Source of the DNA: Raillietiella orientalis
Lineage: Eukaryota
Direction: 5' to 3'
Length of the DNA stretch: 64,000 nt
Assembly (NCBI GenBank): GCA_036172245.1
Contig: JAYWIR010000094.1
Coordinates: 124,001 to 188,000 of the forward strand
The position numbers were made by a program, and so were the translations under genes. The first letter of the stretch is position 1. Each line of letters begins with the position of its first letter. Shown one piece after another: positions 13,091 to 24,152 of this stretch. The notes beneath the pieces were generated by a model. It was not told where the DNA came from, did no database searches, and worked only from the letters and a program-made list of their open reading frames with translations.

Positions 13091-14479
13091 GAGAAACTGC
13101 CGCGTTGGAGAGGATGCGGCTGGTTGCGTCGGGTTTTAAAACAACTTGCCGCCGCTTTTTTCTCCTTTTCTCGTCGGAATTCCAGCTGCCTTTTTAAGAT
13201 TTCCTAGCAAATACCTCGAAATGGACAAGTGGCAGAATGAGTCAGTTGTAGCGAAAGTACGATTCGCGTGTTCCCATTCGCTCTGTCGCACGGTGATACT
13301 AGCTGCACTGACCTCGTTCACGGGGCGGTAATTCCGCTTTCAGCTGCGAAATGAGTGAATGCACGCGCGCAGCCCTCGTGCCCCTATTTAACAGGCTTCC
13401 CTGTCGAACAATTTCCCTTTCGGGGATTTGCTGCAGATGAAGCCTCTTGAGACGCTACGTTCCTGCTTGGCATTTTCACAAACTTTCGAGCGTTTTCTCG
13501 TTTTTTCGAGGCTGCTGCTTTCCCTTCTGCGCTCTCTTTGGCGCGCCGGAGTTTAGCAGCGTCCTTCTTTTTTGCAATGTACGAGCACTGTCTGATTTGG
13601 TGCCAGGACACCTTGCAATAGCGGCACATCGGGGAAGGGCATTTTTTCCCCCGATACTCTTCTTTGCAGCATTGCTTGCACGCGTGAGCTATGCCTGCAA
13701 ACCACAGGTGAACGAACGTGTTATTGGACTGTAACGGGGCAGATAGCATGCGGCAGTTAGGAACAGTTATCCTAACTGCAGCAAATCCTGTGTGTACGGA
13801 GGGGAATTTCCTGTGGGAACTCCTTTTCCTCCACACCTCATAAACGGTGATGAAATTCGACAACGCGTCCATCAACTGTTTTTCGTTGATCTCCGGCTCT
13901 ACGTCCTAGTAAACAACGACAAAAGACTGGTCCATCGCAAAGAGAAAACTTTTTTTCCGCGGATGGACAAAGGAGTGCAGAGGAGCCGCTGCACAAAAGC
14001 AGCCTGCTTGCATCGGACTTTGACATTGCCCAATGCAGGAACACGCATGAGTTCTAACAGGTCCTCCTCTTGCAATCCCACACAGAAGAGTTCGTCCGCG
14101 AACTGCTCCTTCGCTTATTTTACAGCACTTAAATGATAGCAGAGAGCAGGTTTGTAGCCCTGAGCTACATATGCCTACATCTTCGCCTAATAGAGGAAGC
14201 GTCCTTGTAGGGCTGCAGAGGTAGCCCCTTCCGAGGAGCTTCTGGCCGTTGCATGGGACTCGCACAGGTTGTGTACATCGTTCTAGCTGCGGGAAGTTCC
14301 TAAACTACTAACTCGACTACTTCCACGTTGTGTTGTTCACAGCTCATCCGCAGAACTAGGCAGTGGGACGAAAAGGCACAACCAAACAGCGGAGCAACGG
14401 AGCGACGCGAATGCACGTCCGTCTCTCATGAAAGCAAAAGTTAGAATTCCTTACTTAGTCACGCTAGGACGCTTATTTT

Positions 14480-14634
14480 CATAAAGAGTGTTTTCGAACC
14501 AACAGTGACGTGGTCGATGCTGCGGACCATTCCCTTAGTGTTCCCGAACAAGTACCACGCACGCATGGAGGTGCTCAACTCGTTCGTTGCGTTCTCCTGC
14601 GTTCCATTCTTACCTGAGAGCAGCCGGACATTGA
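14480..14634 (-). mobile_element. Short family A APE fragment
   Basis: NVRLLSGKNGTQENATNEL...MVRSIDHV. Confidence 0.75.
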
Positions 14635-16410
14635 GCAGTTCGGTTACGCCGAGGCGTTTATTTATAACAAATCGGTCTGGGACAATGTCATCAATCGACG
14701 AAAGGACAAGTAACAAAGAGAAACTACTGGCACGCAGGTCTGGTAAACAAACCGCTTGCAACACTGAAGGAGTAAAGGGATAACAAAACAAAAATACAAG
14801 AACTGGAGGGAAGGGTAACAGGTCTTTGGTGAGGGTCCGTACACACGGGGATTAAAACGACGAGCACCTGGGATGTTTCAGAGCCTAAGGGGACGGAAGT
14901 GGGAAGAAAAAAAATAAATAATGGAGCGTAAGGTCAGGATAACCAGGATGGCCGCTGTAGAGCGTGTGTGAACCGGCGATGTATGCCCGTGAGATCCCAT
15001 CTTGACTCCTATGTCAAATGAGGCCATCTGGCGTCCGCTTCCATGTAGGAGGATGCTTTGCGAATTACCTCTTGGAGCTGTTCATTGATAGTCAGCGCCT
15101 GACGGACTGAAACTATTGCGCGTATGCAAGCGATGGTTGCAAGCCTTGCGCTTGTAGACAGTTCGCTCGGCGTGAGGAATCGTCGCAGCAAGTCTCTTGT
15201 GGTGTCCACGGGATGCGAGAGTGCTGTTTCCAGCCTCAGCCAGGGTCCTTGTATAAAACCGCACTCCAGAAGTAAATGAAGAATCGACTCCGTCGTCCAG
15301 TACCGAACGCAGTTGCATTTGCGAGTCCCCCGGAGACACGATGCCAGCGCTCGTTGCACTGAAAACCCCAGTGAACGAAGAGCGAGAGCAGCAAACTGTC
15401 AACACACTAAGGAGGAACTACAAGTTCTTCGGTGTTGACATCAAGTTGCACACCCCACTGAAGGAGTCCCTTTACAGTAGCACGAGGAGTGGCGCCATCC
15501 GCCAGCATGCTCGTCTTACAGGTGCTCAGGAGTTTCATTCTTCCTGCTATTATGCAGGAAAGCTCCCACCTCACCGGTTAACAACTGTCATTTCTTGCCC
15601 TGAGGGCAGACAGCGCTGCGGCGAGAGACAAGGCGATCAAAGTGGAAAACTTCACCTCGTCCTGCAGTACCACTTCCTGAGATCGCGGAACAAGATGGCG
15701 CAGGAGACGAAGATCTTCAGAGCGCATTCCATGGAAAGCCGCCCAAGATTCAACAGACTCCTACTGCCAAACGTACAAGTTTATTGGGCGGTAGGTGGTC
15801 CACGAGTAGGCCTTCAGAAGTGCGACCAATTGACGCGAATGATAGACGAAACCTCGCTTCCTGTATTGCTAGCTTGGCAACAGCGAGAGCAGTCCTCCGC
15901 TGCCGGCGCATCTTTACAGTAGAATGCTTGCAGGCACAAAACAGGGGGGATGTCTTGAGCTCAGTACAGTGCCAGCAGTCGGAACTGCACCTGCAGTCAG
16001 ATTCGTTCCATTGTCAGCATACCCAAATCAGCATCTCGACGTGGAGCAACCAAGTCTTTAAGGCAGATTCTGGATCTCGTCGGACCCCAGAGAGTGTTCC
16101 TGCGCAGGCGTTTAGTTCGCTGCTTTGCCGCATCAAGGGGTTCCAAAACAAAAAACAGGAAGCGGAGGAAAGGGGACGCAAAGGTGTTTCAAACAGTTGC
16201 CCGTTTCTGCAAGGTAAACTTGCCGTTAATAAACGGGCTGACGGCCAACTCTGCTTTCCGAAGGCAGTCCGACCACGCTTTGGCTGCGCCGAAAGCGCCC
16301 AACGGAACGCTAATGTACTTAAAGTACCTACCCGTGGGGATCCCCAGGCGGATCCAGTCGGACTTCCCCTCCCATGACGCACCCACAGGAACGACCACGC
16401 TCTTCCATCT
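14635..16410 (-). mobile_element. 5'-truncated family A copy (post-RT region and 3'UTR)
   Basis: KSVVVPVG...DWIRLGIPTGRYFKY; HLLLECG; end AATAAACGCCTCGGCGTAACCG. Confidence 0.85.
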
Positions 16411-17291
16411 GTTCACGCGATGTGAAGCGAGCCCAAAGCCTTTACATATCGAGATGCATGTAGTGGGCGAGTAGCCGCTCGCGTAACTCTCCTTGGAAAC
16501 GTACAAATTTCATACAAGCTGGAGATGAACCACCAGCTCGTTGCTCCCTGGTACTTGGAGAAGGAGAAATATTGCGAGCTATGTAACACGTTTGGGCATA
16601 TCAAGATGAAATGCCCTGAAGCCAGGTTCCCAATGTGCGGCGGGAAGGGCCACACCAGCGTTGTGTGCCCCAAAAGCGCCGTTCCATCGCAAGAAACCCC
16701 GAAATAACAGAGGGGGGTAAAGAGAAAAATATAATACCACGCGACCTCTAATCATCCTCAGAAGAAGTCGTGCAGCAGGAGCAGGACTCCCAAAAGGAGA
16801 CTTCTGAGCCTAATGCCGACGAGGACGGGTGGAAGACGTTAGAAAACAAAACAATAAACTCTATAGATAACACAAGAAAAAACCTGATGTTGAAGCAAGC
16901 CCTGCATGCGCACAACCCGAGAAGCCCGCCTCTATGGAGGACGGCGATCAAATAGGAGCGACCACACATTAGGCCGACTCAAATGAAGCGTCGACGACAA
17001 TGGAGGAGGCAGACCAGGTGCTCGAAACACCTTCTTCTATACCTCCTAGCGTCCAGCCTCAGCAGGTGGCGGACGACGAAACGCCGGTTTCCCAGCATTA
17101 GCAGCTCGGTTCGCCTGTCGCCGTCGGATACGCGTGGACTGTTGGAACGTCCACGGGCTGCGCGGCGACGGCAACAGACGGGATACGGGCGACACATTAC
17201 GTCAGTTCGAACTGACCCTTCTTCAGGAGATACACGTGATCAACGCGGTGGACATCCAGTATTTCGAAACGACCGCATGCGGTCGGTTGTC
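16410..17291 (+). mobile_element. Tx1-like ORF1 knuckle region and APE N-terminus
   Basis: CELCNTFGHIKMKC, CGGKGHTSVVC; CWNVHGL...LLQEIH. Confidence 0.8.
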
Positions 17292-18365
17292 TATCACCCG
17301 GTTGCGCCTAATTATTTATTACAAAACTATCGGGAAGAGAGTTCCCGGACAAAGGATACAAAAGAGACGAAGAGGGTGGGATCCCAGACACACAGGTCGT
17401 TATACCGAAAGTCCGAAACAAGAGGGAGGAGACAAAAAATACACTAGTATAAAAAATAAAAACAAAGATATGGAATGCAAGGGACAGGGGACTCTGGTAC
17501 GGCCGTTCCTTCCTTTCAGAACCGACGATGGATGCCCGCGATCTCTCTACTCACGCCCTCTGGTAGACGGGCCCACTCGGTAGCCAACGATATGTTTGCG
17601 CTGACTAATCCGGTGGGCTGACAAAGGATGGCCAGCCTTTCCAACTCTCGGTGAGCCTTGTCGATGGCGCGGCTGCAACACACGGTTGCAACGACAGCAC
17701 CTAAAAACAGCTTGCCTGGCGTGGAGAAGCAACGCATCAAGTTTCTCGCGGTGTCCCCCTGGTGCAGAAGAGCTGAGGCCAGCCTTCGCCAGAGTCCTAG
17801 AAGGGCACCGCAGTGCAGGAGCAGGTGCAAGAGCGTTTCCACTTCCCCGCACCGCTTACAGTTTGGGAAGTCAACTCTCCCGGAAACACGGTTCGTCCGC
17901 TGGTTGGAGTGAAAACTTTAATGCACCAGCATGATGACGTCCCGCTTCCACGAAACGGGGAACACAGTAGTGTTCAAACAGGAGGGAGGGACCACAAGTT
18001 CTTCGGAGGGCACACTCAAGTGTTCACTCCACCGAAGTAGTCCCTTCGAGATGTGGCGAGGCGTGGCGGCGTCTGCCAGCTCGCAAGTCCTCCAGCCGCC
18101 AATAGGTCGCGTTGTTCCTGCAATGGTGCAGGCGACCTCCCATTTCGCCGGTTTGCAGCTGTCATCTCTTGCCCTGAGGGCTGACAGCGCGTCGGCGAGC
18201 GGCGTGACGGCCAGGCGAGTCCACTTCTGCTGGCTGTTGCACACCTCACCCACCTTGCAGTACGGGGAGAGGTGAGCGCAACAGATTTCCAGAAGGGAAA
18301 CATCCTTGTGCTTTGCCGAGGCATGTAATGGCTTTTGCCGCAAGGATTCAGAGTTCGTGGCTACC
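17292..18365 (-). mobile_element. Family A 3' fragment
   Basis: CKRCGEVETLLHLLLHC; close inverted copy of ~54400-55462. Confidence 0.85.
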
Positions 18366-18435
18366 ACTCCTGCGGAGTGTCCTTTCTGCTAAAGTCAGCC
18401 GTCACAAATGCGGTGCGCACTATACAGTTCTACGA

Positions 18436-19760
18436 TTTCACCCGGTAAAGCCTGGGCATTTATTTTAGGAAACTTGCAGGGTTTACGGTACAAGGCTCCG
18501 CTGCGGATAAAAGTTCTATGGAGCTGTCGGGTGATCGGTGCCCAGACCGACTCAACACTCCACTTCGACGGATGGGATTGGGGGGAAGGAAAAAAAAGAC
18601 AAACTAAAAACACTGGTCATTTGCAGGGTCGGAAAGAAATGAGTGTCGGTTTCGCGGAGCTTGCATCATTTGCAGCATGCCGACGAGGACCTGGTACAGA
18701 TTTTTTAGGTGGAGCGAACAAAATGTTATTCTCAGAAAGCAAGTGCATACTCCATGGCATCCCTTCCGTTTAAATCCTCTGCTTCGTCGGATCTACACCA
18801 AGCTGCCACAATACCGCGTACGCAGCAGAAAGCTGCTATTACAGAGGCTAGCTGCAGGGCGTACCGCACGAAAAGGAGCCGAAAAACGTCTCTGGGGAGG
18901 CTATCTTCCAGGATCCCTAAGCTAGAACCAAAGCGTTTCCACTAGGGTCGGAGGGCAGCACAGTCAACTAAAAGGTGCAGGAGGGTTTCTTTCTCCCCAC
19001 ACCAGGCACAGATTCGGTTCACACTTCCCCGCGTCCAGTAGTGGCGGCCGGCATTGCATGTAAATCTTCAATGCAACAGCATGAGCGCCGACTCCTGCCA
19101 TTTTAGGGAAAGGATTCTTATTTTGGTCATCACTAGAGGCCGCTTCAGGTGATCCGTCGTGATGCTCAGCAGCTCGCCCCATTTTCTAAGTACTTGCGGA
19201 AGAAGGCAATGTGTTTTGGCGTCTGTCAGCTGTACTATTGTACACCCGCTCTACAATTTTTCTCTTCGTGCGATACGGAAAGAGATTTGCCACCTCGGCA
19301 TTTGGCTGCTGAAGAGGGCCCTACGAAGGAAGGGCAGCACCGTCGCTACATAGGTCGTCTCTGCCCAACTGCTCCTGGCTGGACACTCCAGGATATCGCA
19401 TAGAGTGCAGCGAGCGTATCTGCCGCGTCGCAGGCTATTCCACCTCTCGTGGCTCCTCTGATTCACTTCCGACCACGTGCTAACTGTTTCTTCTAGCCAT
19501 GCGTTAGAGTTCACGGGGCTGCAGATCATCAGGGCATTGTCCTTCGACTAAGTGGCTACTCGCCCAAGGAGAAGGTAGCTTCTTCTTATCTTCTTTCCAC
19601 GACATAAGAGAAGAGATGCAAGTCCGCCGGTTACGGATTCCGGTCTGGCGAGGAAGCGGGCAGAAACACATCAGGGGGTGGATCACAACTTCGATGCGAT
19701 GGCCAAGGTTTGCCATCGCAGCTGAATCTTCATGCACTCCAACGTCAGGAGGCCTAGACC
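18436..19760 (-). mobile_element. Family A 3' fragment
   Basis: C-terminal ORF2 similarity (NAWLEETVSTW); end AATAAATGCCCAGGCTTTACCGGGTGAAA. Confidence 0.8.
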
Positions 19761-19764
19761 ATTA

Positions 19765-21135
19765 TCATGACGCGGTGCCTCAGATGCCTGAAGAGGACTT
19801 CGTCGCCATGGATATCCCCAACACCTGCCCCGCAGCAGGTGCTGCAACGTCACTTTCCCAGCAATACTGCTGGGAATCGCCTCCCGTTGTCATTTGCTGA
19901 TCGTCTGCTGGAACGTCAACGGGATAAGCTACGATGGCAAGAGGCGAGACGTGGCCGCCACCCTGGCATCCTTCGAACTGGTGCTGCTGCAGGAGATCCA
20001 CGTAATCACCACAGATCAAGCACGGGAGATCGAACGAACCTCGGGTGGACTGCTGCTGTGGCGCTGCGGCACTGCGAAATCAAGCGGTGTCGCCTTTCTG
20101 CTTCGGCCAGCCATCGAGGCCGCAGTGAAGAGCGTACGGCTGGATGACGCCGGTCGCGTCGGTCAGCTGACTCTCAGCTAGTCCGACTCAATCGACCTGG
20201 TCGTCACCAACCTGTACGCTCCTAGCGGTAAGGACGCGTTGAGGGCGAAGGCAAGAAGAGAATTCTACGTTGCCCTCGGACGCAATTGGCTGATCGAAGC
20301 AGGTGTTCGCAAAGCGCACCTGATCGCAAGTGACTTCAACCTGCACCTGCTGTCAGGTGCGCCGGATACACTCAACGACCGCGTCAACGAGTTGTGCGCA
20401 TGAATGCACACGTGCAAATTGTTGGCCGGAGATACGGCCATGGAACGCAGCATGGATCACGTGTTCCTTGATCAGCACCTTTGCATTCGCATACACAAGC
20501 GTGGCAAGGTACCATCCGAGCTGTCGGACCATAGCCGGATCGTGTTCGAAGTGCATCCGCGCGACAAAGGCCCCCCTCGTCAGCGTGGCGTCTGCCAGGG
20601 GACTGGCTGAAGCTCCCGGACGCGGCGGAACATCTTCGCACGTTTATACGAAGCTCCAGGCTGCGGACAATCCAGGATTGAGACCGCTTCAAGCGGTCGG
20701 TCTAGGAGTTCTGTGAACAGTTCCCTTTGCTTTGTCAACCTGAGGGACTTAATGTAGTGCCGCGTAACATAGGGCCAATCAACAGACCCGAAGTTTCGAG
20801 AAAACCCCGACATGCGCTGGCTAGCAAAGTATCAAGCAGGAGCCTAGAGGCAAACCTGGCAGTGCGGGTCGGCCAGCTTGCAGGACGACCAGGGCCAAGA
20901 GCTCTCGGCTCCTGCTCACAAGCGCGAAATTATCAAAAAGTTTTACTACTCCTTGTACGCCAGGGCGCCTCCGGAGCTGGATGTCTCACGACTCCTGCTT
21001 CCGGAAGGAGCTCCAGCAATCGGAGAGGAGGAGAAAAGGAACCTCGACGAGACTTTAACGTTGGGAGAGATCATCTCGGCCATCGGAAAGCTCAAGAAGC
21101 AAAAGACTCCAGGAGAGGAAGGCCTGCGCGCGTAG
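19765..21135 (+). mobile_element. Family A ORF1 end, APE and linker
   Basis: CWNVNG, LLQEIH, YAPSG, DFN, LSDH, KKQKTPGEEG. Confidence 0.9.
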
Positions 21136-21171
21136 TTTTATCAAACTATCGCGGCAGAGCTTCCCCCCTAA

Positions 21172-24152
21172 TGTCCGCGAGTTCTGCGAAAAGATCCCCC
21201 TGCACCGCCTGCCCCCCCGGATTTGGGGAGGGAGTCGAAACCATAGGGCCTATTTACAGGCCCGCCGGTACGATAGGACCCCTAATGTCCGTCGCCTGGC
21301 CGATTATCGAGCCGGGGCCGAGCGCCAAGCCTGGCAATCCGGGTCGGCCAGCATGCTGGACGACCAGGTTCGGGAGCGATCGGCCCCAACCGCGATCAGG
21401 CACCCCGTGCAGCATTATTATTCCTCCCTCTACGCTAGGGCACCCCCAGAGCGGGACGCCTCGCGGCTCCTGCTTCTGGATGGAGGCCAGGCAATAGGAG
21501 AGGAGGAGAGGATCAGCCTCAACGAGCCTTTTTCTACCGGTGAAATTCTCGCCGGTATTAAAAGGCTCAAGAGGCGTAAGACGCCATGGGAGGACGGCCT
21601 GCCTGCGGAATTTTTTCAATGCTTCGCGGCAGAGGTGGCCCCCCTGGTGCTCCAGTTGACCGGGCTGATCCGAGACGAAAGCGACGTTCCCGCCTCGTTT
21701 CGGCCAGCCCGTGTGAGGCTCCTCCCTAAGGGAGGAGACCTGAGATCCTTAGGCGATTGGCGTCCGATCACAATTGTGAATACGGACGCCAAGCTGGTCG
21801 CTGTACTGTGGGCTTGGCGTCTAGGACAGGTGGCAGACTCCATAATTAGCCCGGAGCAGACATACGCTGTTCCCGGGCGAAGTATGGATGCCAACCTGTT
21901 CTTCGCGAGCACATGGTTCTATGTGCAGCGCTGCCTAAATGAAACTGGCGGAAAGATTGGCAACCCCACTTTGGGGCCGCCAGCTGGGCTGGGAATAGAC
22001 ACCCGGGCTGGTAAGGGGGCCCTAGCGATCGTGGTCGATCTTCATAAGGCGTTCGACTGCGCTGACCAGGATCTACTTTTGGAGCTCCTGGGTCGCATGG
22101 GCTTCTCACCCTCCCTTCTCTCCTTCCTGCGCTCCTGCTGGCGCAACGCCATCGTTAACATCTGCTTTTCCAGCCAACAGGTGTACGGCGTGCAGGTGCG
22201 GCGGGGCATACGGCAGGGCGATAGCCTCAGTCCCCTGCTCTTTAGCACCTACTTTGAGTTGGTGCTGAGAGCTGAGGGTGACTTTGGCTGCCCTGCTCAG
22301 CTCGTGCCCCGGCACGCTCGCCGTAGCAGCATACGCCAACGACCTTCTGCTCATCTTGCTTATGTCCGCCCCGGCAGCCGCGGTCGAGGATTTCTTCGAC
22401 CTGCTAAGTCGTGGGACTGGACTTCGGGTAAACAAGGCGAAGTCGTCGGTCGTAGCGGTGAGTGCGACGTGGGTCCGACGGCCTGACTGGATCCGCTTAG
22501 GGATCCCCGCGGCCAGGTACCTGAAGTACCTGGGTGTCCCGTTAAGGGACTTCTGCCTCGAAGAAGCCTGGTCAGGTCGTCTCCAAAAGGTAGAGTTGGC
22601 AATCGGCCCGTTCCTGGAAGGCAAGTTCCTTCTGCCGGAACGGGCCGCGGTGTGGAACGCGTTCGCGGCTTCCATCCTCCTCTCCCTGCTTTTTGTTTGC
22701 CCCGTCCCCCGTGACATTAAAAAGAGGACTAAGGACCTACTCCGCATCGCCCTCTGGGGCAGTGGGAAGCCACGTGTGCCTCTAGATGACTTATGCGCTC
22801 CTCGTCGGGACGGCGGTCTCGGCCTCCTGACGCTGGAGCGCCTCGACATACAGCTGCGATGGCGCGCCATCGCCATCGCAGCAAAGTCATGGAGCACTCC
22901 TTAGTGCGTTTCGGCCCGACTCCTCTCCAGCCGTGTGTCCAGGACGCAAGGACTCGCGTCGTACCTTCTGTGCTCTGGCAGGAAGGTCAGAAGATGCGGC
23001 CTTCTCCTTGGGAGCATGGAAGCCCTGGTGAGAGACAACCGCTGGACGGTATGCAGCCCCGCCAACTCCTATGCCTGGCTGGAGGAATCCGTTGCGACGT
23101 GGGCCAAGCTGAGCCTCCAGACTTCCCCGTACTGGAACCGCCTGCGATTCGGCCCCAACGCCTGCTGCGCACTGCGGACCACTCTGGAGTGTCCCGCCAG
23201 GAGCACGTAGGCAGAGACTACCCCTCTAGCCTCGACTCTGCCCTTCCTACGAAGAGCTTTAACCAGTGTTTGCAAGCCAAAGTGGCAAGTCTCCTGCCGA
23301 ATCGCAGGCAAGGAAAAGAATATGAGCGGTTGGACCATAGGACAACTGGCAGATGCCACGACCCCGAGTGCCCTCCCGCGTGGACTTCGTCGCTGGGGCG
23401 AGCTGATCGGCATCCCGACGGATGACCTGAAGTGGCTTCCAATATTAATCGGATCCAGGCTTCTCCCCCTGAAGTGGCAAGAGTCGGCGCTGCTGCTGTT
23501 GCACTGAGGTCTACCCTGCAACGCGCGCCGCTTCCACTGGACGCGGGGAAGTGTAAGGCCTGAGTGTGCCAGGTGCAGGGAGCGGGAATCGCTCCCCCAC
23601 CTACTTGTTGACTGCGCTGCCCTCCGACCCCTGTGGGAACGGTTCAAGACGACCCTCGGGCTCCCAATGGGCAGCGCGCCCAGAGACGTTCTTCGGCCCC
23701 TCTTCGTGCGGGACGCCTTGCAGCCCGCCGTAGCCATTGCAGCCCTCTGCTGCATCCGGGGCATCATGGCGGCCTGGAGCGACATTCGCGACGAAGGACT
23801 GGATGCCAACGTGAGGGATGTCATCCCGTATGCAGTCTGCTTCATGCGGAGAGCTGCGAGATGGCCCCATCTGGGAAGCATGAAGATGGACCTGGAGGGC
23901 ATCCTGCGAAGGATAAGCCCTCCTCCCAGTGGATTGTGATCCCTTCCTCTCCCTCCAAACTCTTTTTTTGTTTTCCGTATCTTTATTTTTCTTTTTGTTA
24001 TGATCCCTATCCCCCTCCACTGCAGAGGAGCGTCACGCCGGGCTGCGTCCCGGCGTCCCAGCAGGTCCGGTGTTGTGTGGCGGTTAGTGGGGCCTCGTAC
24101 CACGTTTATGCAGAGTTTTTTCAATAAACGCCCCGGGCGTACCCGGGTGACA
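21172..24152 (+). mobile_element. Family A ORF2 (linker, RT, C-terminus) and 3'UTR
   Basis: WRPITIVNTDAK, DLHKAFD, QGDSLSPLLF, YAND, KYLG; hairpin end at 24123-24152. Confidence 0.92.

Larger units (their letters stand above)
3500..14450 (-). mobile_element. Family A host element, interrupted twice and RT-deleted: 5'UTR/ORF1 14450-13091, ORF1 end 8008-7287, APE 7287-6836 and 4776-4546, C-terminus and 3'UTR 4546-3500
   Basis: ORF1 knuckles CKQCCKEEYRGKKC/CRYCKVSWHQIRQC; APE TNIYAPSG...VAHLV resumes as HLVAEDFNVH at 4776; CLRCGEFKSFLRLLLCC near the end. Confidence 0.75.

Noticed and set aside
8006..13096. gagaaa as the TSD of family B copy 1
   Set aside because: Only 6 bp and overlaps the putative terminal stem; may be microhomology or chance
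21353..22904. Bacterial RT system (group II intron, retron or DGR) suggested by YADD and high GC
   Set aside because: APE domain, CCHC ORF1, AATAAA ends, 5' truncation and TSDs indicate eukaryotic LINEs
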